A DNA stretch of 64,000 nucleotides from an uncultured delta proteobacterium (GTDB lineage: Bacteria; Myxococcota_A; Polyangia; Fen-1088): NCBI GenBank assembly GCA_963796685.1, contig CAWCMR010000025.1, positions 320,001 to 384,000 on the forward strand, in the 5' to 3' direction. This document shows positions 32,706 through 42,562 of this stretch, one piece after another (the stretch's first letter is position 1; each line of letters starts with the position of its first letter). The position numbers and the translations under genes were made by a program. Under the pieces are notes generated by a model. That model worked only from the letters and a program-made list of their open reading frames with translations. It searched no databases and had not been told where the DNA came from.

Positions 32706-32780
32706 GCGCGTCCCCTGGAGAAATGTACCGCGTTCACGGCGACCACGGCTAGATTGAAACCCGAGCAATTTCCGGACTCT

Positions 32781-32903
32781 AACCACAGAGAGCACAGCGA
32801 GCACAGAGACGGACGAGAAAGGAAGGGTTCGGATCGAGAATCCGGAGGACCCTTCCTTTTCCGGGCCTCTGTGTTCTCTGTGTTCTCTGTGTTCTCTGTG
32901 TTC
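32781..32903. repeat. CACAGAG-arm palindromic repeat, copy B
   Basis: AACCACAGAGAGCACAGCGAGCACAGAG...TTCGGATCGAGAATCCGGA...(CTCTGTGTT)x4. Confidence 0.85.
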
Positions 32904-32911
32904 AGAAATCA

Positions 32912-33769
32912 TCAAAACAGCCCGCGCAAGGCGCCCAGCGACGAGACGGCCGAGCGGACCAGGGGCTCGAGCCCGGTTTCTGGCAGGGGCTGGTCGGGCA
33001 GGAACACGCGGTAGTCCACCACGCGGATGGGCGGCGTGCCCTCGCGCGCGGCGCGGGCGTTCTCGCTGTCCACGAAGTCCAGAATCCGGCGCAAGGCGCG
33101 CACGGCGGCCACGTTCTTGTCGTGCAGAAGCAGGATCACCGGCCCGCGCGCACGCCGAAGCCCCGTGGTCGTGTAGCTCACGATGGCGTCCTCGTCCTCG
33201 CCCCGCCACTCCTGAGGATCCATGTTCCAGCCAACCTGGATGAGGTCGCGGTCGGCCAACGCGCGATCGAGAGCGCGGCAGCGGGCACCGTAGGGCGACC
33301 GGAAGAGCAGAGGCCGAACCGAGGTAGCATCGGCGATGATCTCGGAGGCACCGTCTATCTCCTTGGCCATCGCCTCGCGCTCGAGGCAGAGGTTCTTGTG
33401 GTTCATGGTGTGGTTGCCCACCAGATGCCCGTGCGTGGCCAGCTTGCGCAGAAGATCGCGCCTGGCCAGATCCTCGGGACGGTCGCGCACGAGGTGGTGT
33501 CCGTTGACGAAGAACACCGCTTTGACCCCGCGCCGGGTCAGCTCGTCGAGGATCAGCGAAGTGCCTACCAAGTCCGGACCGTCGTCGAAGGTGAGCAGCA
33601 AGCTCCGCCCGAACGCGGCGACCAACCTACCCGAGACGGTGCCCGCATCTCCTGGAAGCGGCCGGAGGAAGCGAGGAAAACGCGCAACCGCCAGCGGCTC
33701 GCCACGGGCCGGTAGCGCGCGGCTCAAAACCAGGACCGCCGTGGCGAACGCAAGAAACCACCTTGCCAT
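32912..33769 (-). CDS. Polysaccharide/peptidoglycan deacetylase (NodB/CE4), secreted
   Basis: LTFDDGP, GNHTMNH, FRSPYG, DPQEW, LLHD; N-terminal signal peptide. Confidence 0.92.
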   Translation of the reverse strand: MARWFLAFATAVLVLSRALPARGEPLAVARFPRFLRPLPGDAGTVSGRLVAAFGRSLLLTFDDGPDLVGTSLILDELTRRGVKAVFFVNGHHLVRDRPEDLARRDLLRKLATHGHLVGNHTMNHKNLCLEREAMAKEIDGASEIIADATSVRPLLFRSPYGARCRALDRALADRDLIQVGWNMDPQEWRGEDEDAIVSYTTTGLRRARGPVILLLHDKNVAAVRALRRILDFVDSENARAAREGTPPIRVVDYRVFLPDQPLPETGLEPLVRSAVSSLGALRGLF

Positions 33770-33828
33770 GCGGCCCATCGTACCATCCCCGCAGACGCGG
33801 GGCGAAGCGAGCCCTTTGGGAGCTCCCG

Positions 33829-34290
33829 TCAAAACGGAATATCGTCATCGCCCGGGGGCGGGCCCGAGGGCGCGTCGGCGGCGGCGGGGGTCTGCGATTC
33901 CTCGCCCCAGCCCCGCTTCTTGCTGCCACCGCCGCCACCTGCCCCCTCGGCGCCAGGCCCTTGGCCGCCCAGGAAGACGACCCAATCGGCCACGACCTCG
34001 GTGGTGTAGCGTTTCTTGCCTTCCTTGTCGTCCCACGAGCGCGTCTGGATACGACCTTCCACGTAGACCATGCGGCCCTTGGACAGGTACTTCGAGCAGT
34101 GCTCGGCCTGCTCGCCCCACACGTTCACCCGGTGCCATTCGGTGCGCTCCTGCTTCTGTCCGCCCTTGTCCTTCCAGACCTCGTTGGTGGCAACGCTCAG
34201 GTTGCACACCGGCCGGTTGCTGGGGGTGTACTTGAGCTCGGGATCGGCCCCGAGGTTTCCAACCAGAATGACTTTGTTGACGCTGCCCAT
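33829..34290 (-). CDS. ssb: Single-stranded DNA-binding protein
   Basis: [23 protein letters not shown]-terminal DDDIPF. Confidence 0.99.
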   Translation of the reverse strand: MGSVNKVILVGNLGADPELKYTPSNRPVCNLSVATNEVWKDKGGQKQERTEWHRVNVWGEQAEHCSKYLSKGRMVYVEGRIQTRSWDDKEGKKRYTTEVVADWVVFLGGQGPGAEGAGGGGGSKKRGWGEESQTPAAADAPSGPPPGDDDIPF

Positions 34291-34412
34291 GGTGACTTGG
34301 CCTCCTTGCCGTGCGTGAGTTGCTTTTGCCACCTTCCCGCCGGGTTATCAATCCCGGCCTTGGGTGGCACGGACCCTATCGGTCTCCGGCGAAGAAAGGT
34401 TGCGCGCGCGGG

Positions 34413-37400
34413 CTATCGTCGAACCATTCCCCGTTCGAACAGGCCGCCGAGCTCGGAGAATGAATGCGCCACGGGCGGCGTCGCCGCTTCGGCCAGCACC
34501 ATGGCCAAGCCCAGGCGCGCCCGCAGCTCCAAGTAGTCCGAGGAAATGCCCCAACGGGCAAGGTTCAGGATGGTGCGCTCGGGACGCGCGTGGCGCGCCC
34601 GTGCCTCGCGGACGATCTCGCGCGCCGCCGCGACCACATCGCCACACGCCAGCACGCCGGCGCGGTTCGCGATTTCGTCGGCCTCGGCCGACCAGGCGGC
34701 GAGATCCAACTTCGCCGTCCCTGAAAGCAAGGGGGTGGCGGCGCCAACGATCAATTCGACCTGCGCCGGGGGAAGGACCTTGTGCAAGAACGCGGTGTAC
34801 TTGCGTACCGCCCCATGATCGGCCTCCGGCAGCTCGAACTTGGGCTGCACCAGCTTGATGGCCGCCGCCAGGATGGCTTGCAGCTCGCTCAGGTTGGGCA
34901 CGATCTGCGGCCACAGCAGGAAGTGATCGGCGCGCAAGCCCACCAGCTTCTTGGTGAGGAGAAACGCCAACTCTTGATGGCTGCGCCCAACCACCAGGTC
35001 GCGCCCGAGAACCAGCGCGGGCACGGGCGTACCGTCCTCGAGAAGCACCACCAGGTCGATCTCGCCCGGCGCGCCCGGCGGCACGTAGATCGCGGGCAGG
35101 GGCACGCCGATGAGCCGACTGATGTAGACGAGCAGGCTCGACACGAACGATGGATCGCCCTCCAGCCTGGCACGGTACTTGGTGTCGATGCCGTAGGCCG
35201 AGGCGTCCTTGGCCCGCGCCATGATCACGCCGGGCGCGACCGCGGCCAACACCTGCGAGATCATGTGATTGTCGCGCGAGGAGCACAGGTGCCCCTGCCA
35301 CTGCTTTTCCGTCAAGACCGACTTGGCCAGGGGAACGCCCCTCGGGGCGTTGCTCTCGTAGAAGGCGCGCTCGCGGGGATCGGCCTTGGTCAAGGCGCAA
35401 AGTGCGGCGCTGGCGCAGAACAGTTGGTCGTACTGCCGGTACTTGCCGTACAGCCTGGCCAGCGCCCGGATCTGCTTGGCCGCCGCATCCGGACCAGCCG
35501 CTGCTGCGAGCAGGTGCTCGCGCGCGGCCACGGCCTTGCCGAACCCGTCCCGGCCCTGGGCCTCGTAGGCATCTGCCAAGGCCTCGCGCGCATGGACATC
35601 CTCGGGAGCGAGCGAGACGCAAACCTCGTAGGCCGCCGTGGCCGCGGGCAGATCGCCCAGGTAGCGCTGGCAGGTATCGGCCAGCGCGCGCCACAGGGTC
35701 AGCAGCAAGGGCCGTTTGTCCGGCGACGGGCTCGCTCCCAACCGCTTGATCATTCGGCGATAGGCACGGGTCAGCTCGCGCCATTCCTCGCGCTGGACGA
35801 GGATGTGCTCGATGCGTTCGAAGATGCGCCGGTCGCCAGGATCTTCATCCAAGGCGCGGTCGTAGAGCGCGACCGCTTCGAGGGGGGAATCGAGCTCGCC
35901 GTTGAGAATGCTGGCCAGGGCGCCGAGGTAACAGACCTTGTCCCGCCCCGAGGTGATGGACACCAGACTTTCGAGCACATCCACGGCGCGCGACCAATGG
36001 CGATTGGCGGAATGGATTTCCACCAGCTCGTGCAGCACGCCCACGTCGTTCGGCCGCAGCTGCGCCGCCTGCAGATAGGTGCCGAGCGCGGCGGCTTGGT
36101 CGTTCAGCTCCTCGCGCTGCAGGCGGCCGATCTTGCAAATGATGTCGAAGCGCTCGTCGGGCGAGAGCTGGCCGTGCAGGAGCACGCGGTATTGTTCGAC
36201 CAAGGCCGTGGCGTTCGCGCTGCCCCGCCCCTCCATCTGGGCCGTGGCCTTGGCCAGCGATTGCCGCACGCCCGGCAGATCGGGTGCCAAGCGCAGCGCC
36301 TCCATGAAAGCCGCCGTGCCCGCCTCGAGATCGCGCAAGGCCACCTGCGCCTGGCCCATCTGCATGAGGTGTCCAGCGCGCTCTTCGCCGGTCATCTGAT
36401 CGCCCGTCAGGGACAACAGACGGGGCACGGTGGTGAGGATGTCCTGCCACCAACCCCAGTCGCCGGCCAGCCGCGACCAGTCCTTGAGCGTGGGCAGGTG
36501 CGTGGGCATGGCCGCGTAGGCCTTGCGATAGTTGGCGCGTGCGCGCTCCATGTCGCCCGACATCTGCGCCGACCACGCGGCCTTGTGCCAAAGCTGCGCG
36601 GTCTCTTCCATGGCGTGCTTGGCCGAGCCGGCCATGCCTTCGAGCAAGGGGACCGCCGCGGACCAGTCGTTGCGTTCCCAAGCGGCCTCGGCCAGCGCTG
36701 CCAACGCCTTGGGATGGTTGGGCGACAGCGCGAGCACGCGCATGTACTGCACCACCGCCGCCTCGGAGTCGTGCAGTTGGTCGCGGTAGATTTCCGCCGC
36801 GTCGAGAGCGAACTCGACGCTGTCGAACGGGTCGATCGCGTTTCCGGCCGCACAGGTCAAGTAGGCCGCGGCACGGTGCCAATCGCCGCGTTGGCCGTGC
36901 AACAGCACGAGCGAGCGCAGAGCCGTGAAGTTGGCGGGATTGGCCGACATGGCCGCTTCCAGCGACTTCTCCGCGGCCGACGGATCGCCGAGATCGTGCT
37001 GGTACCAAACCGCCATGGTGACCAGCAGATCGGCCCGCTTCGCCTCCGACCCCATGTCGGACAGCAAACCGTTGCACATGCCGACAACCCCTTCCCAGCG
37101 GTTGTGGACCGTGGCCAAGCGCGCGACCTCCGAGATCACGTCGTCGTCCGAGGGGTTCTCCCGCAGTGCCGCGAGCAACGTCGTAAACGCCCGGTCGGCG
37201 TCGCCGAGGTTCGTATCGAAGATCTGCGCCGCGCGCACCAGGCAGCGCGTGCGCTCGGCCGGATCCGACGTCGATGCGGCGCGCTCGACGAACAGCTCCA
37301 CCAGGTCCGCCCAGCGCTCCTCGCTCACGTAGGCGCGCTCCAGCTCCCGGAACGGGAACGTGTCCACCGCTGGCGTCACATCCAAATCGGTGAAGGTCTT

Positions 37401-37523
37401 GGGCGGCTTCGTGAAGGAGTCGTCGACGAGATCGTCGAGATCCACTTCCTCATCGGAGAAGCTGAGGACATTCGCATCCCCCCAGCCTGTAACATCGATC
37501 TCCGAATGCCTTGGACGCATCAT
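34413..37523 (-). CDS. Large TPR-repeat protein (myxobacterial type) with a C-terminal degenerate zincin-like domain
   Basis: Many TPR-like repeats (AAVVQYMRVLALSPNHPKALAAL etc.); C-terminal ELAFLL...ADH...NRAGVLACGD. Confidence 0.8.
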   Translation of the reverse strand: MMRPRHSEIDVTGWGDANVLSFSDEEVDLDDLVDDSFTKPPKTFTDLDVTPAVDTFPFRELERAYVSEERWADLVELFVERAASTSDPAERTRCLVRAAQIFDTNLGDADRAFTTLLAALRENPSDDDVISEVARLATVHNRWEGVVGMCNGLLSDMGSEAKRADLLVTMAVWYQHDLGDPSAAEKSLEAAMSANPANFTALRSLVLLHGQRGDWHRAAAYLTCAAGNAIDPFDSVEFALDAAEIYRDQLHDSEAAVVQYMRVLALSPNHPKALAALAEAAWERNDWSAAVPLLEGMAGSAKHAMEETAQLWHKAAWSAQMSGDMERARANYRKAYAAMPTHLPTLKDWSRLAGDWGWWQDILTTVPRLLSLTGDQMTGEERAGHLMQMGQAQVALRDLEAGTAAFMEALRLAPDLPGVRQSLAKATAQMEGRGSANATALVEQYRVLLHGQLSPDERFDIICKIGRLQREELNDQAAALGTYLQAAQLRPNDVGVLHELVEIHSANRHWSRAVDVLESLVSITSGRDKVCYLGALASILNGELDSPLEAVALYDRALDEDPGDRRIFERIEHILVQREEWRELTRAYRRMIKRLGASPSPDKRPLLLTLWRALADTCQRYLGDLPAATAAYEVCVSLAPEDVHAREALADAYEAQGRDGFGKAVAAREHLLAAAAGPDAAAKQIRALARLYGKYRQYDQLFCASAALCALTKADPRERAFYESNAPRGVPLAKSVLTEKQWQGHLCSSRDNHMISQVLAAVAPGVIMARAKDASAYGIDTKYRARLEGDPSFVSSLLVYISRLIGVPLPAIYVPPGAPGEIDLVVLLEDGTPVPALVLGRDLVVGRSHQELAFLLTKKLVGLRADHFLLWPQIVPNLSELQAILAAAIKLVQPKFELPEADHGAVRKYTAFLHKVLPPAQVELIVGAATPLLSGTAKLDLAAWSAEADEIANRAGVLACGDVVAAAREIVREARARHARPERTILNLARWGISSDYLELRARLGLAMVLAEAATPPVAHSFSELGGLFERGMVRR

Positions 37524-37643
37524 GGCCCACCACGGCCCTCAGTCTTATTCCCCGATTGTGCACGGATCAAGGCGGATGACCACTTGCATCGACATTTCGT
37601 TACATCGCCGCATCGCGCCCGATGTGGCTCGATGCACAAAGGA

Positions 37644-38294
37644 TTAGTGGGAGCGGACGGCCAGGACCACGCTGCCGAGCACGCCGCCGAGGATGCCGAG
37701 CAGGATCACGGGTAGGACGTGACCGCGCAGGAGGTGCCAAATCCCCGCCACCGGGCACCACACATCGACCAGCACCCACGCACAGGCGCCGACGGCCACG
37801 CCAATCGCCGCACCGAGCAGCCCCGGGTGGCGAGGGTCCTCTCCCCTGCGGGTCAGGGTCAGCAGCAGAACGGGCACCGCGCCCATGGACAGGGACATGA
37901 CGAGACAGCGGTAGCCAAGGTGGGGGCTTTCGTCGAGATTGCCGAACAGCGCGCTCCACGCAATCTTCCAGCCGAGCAGGACGAATGGCGCGAGCACGGT
38001 GCTCGCAATCAGCCAGCGGCGCGATCGGCCGAGCATGGTGCCGCCGCGTCCCAGCGTGATCGATGTGGCGACGCCAGCCACGATGGCGGCGCCGATGGAG
38101 GTACCGGCGAGCAGGAGCATGGAGCGCGACAGGGGCTGCCAGCCGAAGATGGAAAAGGCAAAGGCCCAGTAGCCGGCGGCCATCGCGGCCGCGCCGCCAG
38201 CGATGAGCAGCGCCCGACGCCGACTCGCGGCTGCCCGCGAGGGCGAGGGAAGGGCCGCGGCATCGGCAAGAATGCGTTGCTTGAGGTCGTTCAT
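37644..38294 (-). CDS. nrsF: NrsF/DUF1109-family membrane anti-sigma factor
   Basis: About 6 TM helices with conserved Cys/His (GYRCL, WCP...HLLRGHVLP); coupled to the ECF sigma gene. Confidence 0.72.
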   Translation of the reverse strand: MNDLKQRILADAAALPSPSRAAASRRRALLIAGGAAAMAAGYWAFAFSIFGWQPLSRSMLLLAGTSIGAAIVAGVATSITLGRGGTMLGRSRRWLIASTVLAPFVLLGWKIAWSALFGNLDESPHLGYRCLVMSLSMGAVPVLLLTLTRRGEDPRHPGLLGAAIGVAVGACAWVLVDVWCPVAGIWHLLRGHVLPVILLGILGGVLGSVVLAVRSH

Positions 38295-38884
38295 CGCAGC
38301 ACGGATTCCAGCTCGTCGCCCAGTCGCTCACGAAGCGCGGCACACGCGTAGTGTTTTCTCATCTTCAACGCCGTCGGGGTCGTGTCGGTGATAGCGGCCG
38401 CGTCCTCCAGAGACAGCCCCTCCATGGTCGTAAGCTCGAAAGCTTCGCGCTGGGGCGCCGGGATCTCGCGCAAGGCCGATTCGAGACGGGCGAGGGCCCG
38501 TCGCTGCGCAAGCGCCTCCTCGGGCCCGGTGCAAGTTGGCGGCGGGTGATTCATGAGCTCGTCCTGCCGACCACGCTCGCGGCGGTCGCTGCGGATCTTG
38601 TCGATGAGCAACCTACGCGCGATGGCGAACGCGTAGGGCAAGACGGCCGCTCCCGGACAGAACCGGCCGCGATGTTGGTGGATCTTCAAGAAACAAACCT
38701 GGACCAGGTCCTCGGCGCTCGCGTCGCCACGAAGCTGGCGCCGGACGTAACCCAAGAGGCGTGGTTGCAGCAAATCAATCAAGCGAGCGAATGCCTTCGG
38801 ATCTCCATCTCGAGCGTAACAGTCCATCGCGGCATCGGCCTCTCTTCCGTCCTGCTCGAGCGAGCTCTTGTCTGTCGTTCCCAT
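38291..38884 (-). CDS. ECF RNA polymerase sigma factor
   Basis: AEDLVQVCFLKIH (region 2), REAFEL..EGLSLEDAA (region 4). Confidence 0.92.
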   Translation of the reverse strand: MGTTDKSSLEQDGREADAAMDCYARDGDPKAFARLIDLLQPRLLGYVRRQLRGDASAEDLVQVCFLKIHQHRGRFCPGAAVLPYAFAIARRLLIDKIRSDRRERGRQDELMNHPPPTCTGPEEALAQRRALARLESALREIPAPQREAFELTTMEGLSLEDAAAITDTTPTALKMRKHYACAALRERLGDELESVLR

Positions 38885-39086
38885 TCACGCAACCCACGTC
38901 AGGCTCCCCACTGGCAACGTCCGCGGAGCCTCGAAGTTTCAAGTTCTTCCAAGTTGACGACGGTCTTCCCAGGAACTTCAGGAAGGCTTCGATTCTTCCA
39001 TGTCGAGGCACCTTGCGCTCGTGCCACGGGCGCCAAGCCTCAGAAAGGCGAGCTCCTCCGAGGCTTGGCGCCCAAGCGTCGGCCAG

Positions 39087-40478
39087 TCAGCCCGAGCTGC
39101 CTCCATCGATGGCGGCGCTGGTGAAGAAGTAGTAGTCCGCCGAGTAGCTGACGCGCGTCTCGCTGCCCACTGTCGTGGCATCGCAGCCGGTTGCGGGGGC
39201 CTTTCCACCGGTGGTGTTGAGCCGCTGAACGTAGCCGACGTCCGTGAACACGCCGGCTCCGCTCGTAGACGAGGCCTTGAGCAAAAGCCACGGCACGGCG
39301 CCCGCCGAGGGCGAGTCGGCCTGCTGCAACTTCGTCCCGTTGACGACGCTGCCATCGATCGAGGTCCAGCTCGGCCCCGCGCCGTGCGTTCCCACCTGGA
39401 CGAAGGTGGCGTCGTAGAGGATGGCGTCGGGAGCTTTCAAGACCCACGCATAGGCCATGGTCCCGCCGTCCAATCCGCCGTCGGCGCCTCCGCTCGCGGT
39501 GCAGGTGTACACTTGGTCGCCGATGCCGCGGTCGTGGATCTTCACGGTGGCGCCCGCGGGCACGGCCAGCGCGGCTGGCGCGGCGGGTGGGTCGAGCCAG
39601 GCCGCGCCTGCACCGCCCGAATAGAAGTAGTAGTCGGCGCTGTAATCGACCCGCGTTTCGGCGCCGACCGTGCCCGCGTCGCAGCCGGTCGCCGGCGCGT
39701 TGCCACCCGACGTGTTTACGCGCTGAACATAACTGATGTCTCCGAAGACTCCGCTACCGCTCGTGGAGGTCGCGCGCAGGAGCAGCCAGGGAACCCCCGC
39801 CGCTGCCGGTGCGTTTGCTTGCATGACCTTGGCCCCCTTGACGACGCTTCCGTCGACCGTCGAGGTCCAGCTCGGTCCCGCGCCGTGTGTCCCGACTTGC
39901 TCGTTGCAGGCGTCGAACAACTTCGCATCCGGCGCCTTGAGCACCCACGCGTACGTCGTCGCGCCGCCATCCACGCCCGCGTCCTGACCCCCGCTTGCCG
40001 TGCAGGTGTAGACCTGCGCCCCAACCCCGTGGTCGTGGATCTTGACCGTGGCGCGGGCTGGCACAGCCAGCGCCGGGGGAACGGTGGGCGTGGCCAGCCA
40101 GTCCACGCCGCCATCGGACATTGCGCAGCCCATGGCTCCCCCGGCCGCTCCGTCGCTGGAAGTGCCGCCGGCAGACGTGCCGCCGCTCGACAGAGCCCCG
40201 CCCGTCCCCGCGCCGCCGGTTCCCCCGCCGGCCATCCCACCGCTCGCCATTCCGCCGAAACCGCCGCTCGACCCTGCGTTCCCTCCCGAGCCAATTGCAA
40301 CCCCGCCAGCCCCACCGACACCGCCATTGCCAGACATGCCTCCGGAGGCAGGCCCGTCCGCGCCCATGTCCGCGTGAGCACTGCCATCGGTGGCACCATC
40401 ATTCTGGTTGTTGTCAGTGCCGCACCCTGGCGCTGACAAGAGTGCGATAAGCAATCCGAACCCAATCTTCTTGGTCAT
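39087..40478 (-). CDS. Lipoprotein with a Gly-rich linker and two tandem DUF3455-like domains
   Basis: Lipobox SAPG-C; duplicated domain G.G.QVYTC...W.LKAPDA.L...GTH.AGPSW...DGS...VPWLLL...YVQR.NT.GG.AP...YSADYYF. Confidence 0.82.
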   Translation of the reverse strand: MTKKIGFGLLIALLSAPGCGTDNNQNDGATDGSAHADMGADGPASGGMSGNGGVGGAGGVAIGSGGNAGSSGGFGGMASGGMAGGGTGGAGTGGALSSGGTSAGGTSSDGAAGGAMGCAMSDGGVDWLATPTVPPALAVPARATVKIHDHGVGAQVYTCTASGGQDAGVDGGATTYAWVLKAPDAKLFDACNEQVGTHGAGPSWTSTVDGSVVKGAKVMQANAPAAAGVPWLLLRATSTSGSGVFGDISYVQRVNTSGGNAPATGCDAGTVGAETRVDYSADYYFYSGGAGAAWLDPPAAPAALAVPAGATVKIHDRGIGDQVYTCTASGGADGGLDGGTMAYAWVLKAPDAILYDATFVQVGTHGAGPSWTSIDGSVVNGTKLQQADSPSAGAVPWLLLKASSTSGAGVFTDVGYVQRLNTTGGKAPATGCDATTVGSETRVSYSADYYFFTSAAIDGGSSG

Positions 40479-40595
40479 GTTGGCCTCCTGGACACGCACG
40501 GAGATACGAACGCCAACCCAAAAGGTTTCGACCGAAGTTGTTGACGCGGGCTTCTTCGTCTCAGCCCGCCAGGTCGTGCAAGATGCTCCCTTCGT

Positions 40596-41696
40596 CTACT
40601 GAGGCGACGCACATCCTGGGGGCTCGGTCGCTAGCTTCGAATTGGTGATCTGGCGTGAGCAGAGCGACAGGAGCCTGTCGCTCTGGGACACGGGTCGAGC
40701 TCCACCTGCGCTCAAGACCCAGATGAGCTCGGGCAGGGTTGCGCAGAAATGCGCTCGCGTGGCTGGACTGGCCGTGATCAGCCCCACGGCTTCATCAATC
40801 TGGCCAGCAACGAATCGCAACCGGGCGAGGGCGACGGCCATTTCTACGCGGTCTTCAGGTGCGACGTGCGATTCGTCGACGAGGCGCCCCATGGCAGTCA
40901 TGAGCTGTTGCGCAGGTTTGGTCCTTTGGACCACTGCCACCCGTAGCTCGGGAAGGCTACCGACATGGTCACCAAATAGATGACGGGCACCGGCGTCCGC
41001 CTTGCCGAGCTCTGCCTTGGCGAGGGCCAGGACCTGGTCGTCGTTCCACGGCCAGTCCAGACCAGCGTTGGGTTCAAGCAGGAAGATGTCCCCACCCAGA
41101 ACATAGGCCCCTCCCTGCCCAAGCTCAGAGATCGCCCGGCGGTATTCGCGACGGTTGAGGCGAACCCTGGCCTTGAGCCCTTTCGCCTCGGGGTAGTCGA
41201 TCTTGCGGAGAAGGGCAGAAGCATCTCGAACACGCCCCTCATCCAGGAGAGCGGAGGCCAGCGCCAACTGGGCCGGCAAGTACGCGGGATCCAGTGCCAG
41301 GGCCTCCTTGGCCGCGGTAGCTGTGCCCAGCAGTCGTGCCCGCAGCGTAGCGATTCGCACTGACTTGGGCACGAGTCGCTGTGCCCGGTCGACCATAACC
41401 AACGTCCGCCGTGGGTCACACCCAAGCAACTCCCGTGCACGCAGAATCTCGTACCAGGCTCCTTCACTTGTCGCGCACCGATGGAGAAGGTCCTGGTCCC
41501 TGGCCAGGACTTTGCGTGCAGGATCTCCTGGGCTGAATCGCATAGCGGCGTCTTTGCTGATTGGGAACGCCAGAGCTCTTCGAGCGACTTCGATGGTCGG
41601 ACAAGCGGCCCCTGCCTCCTGCGCCAACGCGTCGCTAACCATCCCACTGGTGGCCAGCGTGACAACCAAGAATGCCAGAGGGAGCGGCCTGCTCAT
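40596..41696 (-). CDS. Secreted TPR-like protein, candidate T6SS immunity protein
   Basis: Sec signal (ALA-Q), helical repeats (EALALDPAYLPAQLALASALL); ATGA-coupled to the effector gene. Confidence 0.6.
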   Translation of the reverse strand: MSRPLPLAFLVVTLATSGMVSDALAQEAGAACPTIEVARRALAFPISKDAAMRFSPGDPARKVLARDQDLLHRCATSEGAWYEILRARELLGCDPRRTLVMVDRAQRLVPKSVRIATLRARLLGTATAAKEALALDPAYLPAQLALASALLDEGRVRDASALLRKIDYPEAKGLKARVRLNRREYRRAISELGQGGAYVLGGDIFLLEPNAGLDWPWNDDQVLALAKAELGKADAGARHLFGDHVGSLPELRVAVVQRTKPAQQLMTAMGRLVDESHVAPEDRVEMAVALARLRFVAGQIDEAVGLITASPATRAHFCATLPELIWVLSAGGARPVSQSDRLLSLCSRQITNSKLATEPPGCASPQ

Positions 41697-42547
41697 TCTG
41701 GCGGCCCCTTGTCGTCAAAGCCGAATACTCTGAGTGTCGCACCTGCTTTGAAGTAGCCCTTGTCCTTGGCTTCGTTGCGATCAGCCGGTCGCATGTGAAT
41801 GCAGCCGTGGGAAGCGGAGAGGTTGACGGTCAGCCCGTTCAGGGTTGCGATTTCGTCTTCTGGCGTGGTGTGGATAAAGAACCCCGTCTTTGTTCCATCC
41901 CGCTGAAGCGAGAACGCCCACGCTCCAAAGTCGTTTCTCTGCCAAATATCGACCAAAGTTCCAGTGGGATCGTCCTGGTCGACATCGAAGTACGTCCTGG
42001 CCTCCTCGTTCAGCCTGATGGAATCGGTACGATTCGGCTGTTTGCCATTCATTCTCACGAATAACCGACGACATGCTTCTGTCATCGGGGCTGTAGCAGA
42101 GCCAGTGGCGTGCTGCCAACCCGAACCTGGGTTGAACTCAATCTCACCATTTGAAGCGCGTCGAATACTTGCGCCCCACGGAATGCTTGAATTGGGCCAG
42201 TTCCGTGTTGTGTACTGAACGGCCTTGCCAAGGACATAGGTTCGAGGAGGGATGGGTGAATGCGTGTGTTTGTCTTGGCCTATGAAGGTCTCCTTGGGCC
42301 CACCTCGCGTTGGATAGTCCGCTAGGATGCTACCCCCTCGCATGACGTAGATCGTTCCAAAGCCGTAAGTGTGGCGAATCTTGCCCTTGGACCTCCCTTT
42401 TGCATCGAGCTCCTTCTCGCTTTTGTATTCAATGCCACTGTCCGCCGGGTAGAAGAACAGTTTCGTCGCCGCAGTGACGTGAACGATAGCCCCACTGCGC
42501 GCAGGACCAGGAATCGCGTTGCTAGCGAGCCTAAACGTGGGCACCAC
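41693..42547 (-). CDS. L,D-transpeptidase (YkuD)-fold protein without signal peptide, candidate T6SS effector
   Basis: FFIHTT...SASHGCIHM catalytic His/Cys motif; lies directly downstream of vgrG. Confidence 0.72.
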   Translation of the reverse strand: MVPTFRLASNAIPGPARSGAIVHVTAATKLFFYPADSGIEYKSEKELDAKGRSKGKIRHTYGFGTIYVMRGGSILADYPTRGGPKETFIGQDKHTHSPIPPRTYVLGKAVQYTTRNWPNSSIPWGASIRRASNGEIEFNPGSGWQHATGSATAPMTEACRRLFVRMNGKQPNRTDSIRLNEEARTYFDVDQDDPTGTLVDIWQRNDFGAWAFSLQRDGTKTGFFIHTTPEDEIATLNGLTVNLSASHGCIHMRPADRNEAKDKGYFKAGATLRVFGFDDKGPPE

Positions 42548-42562
42548 GCACCTCTTGGCACA

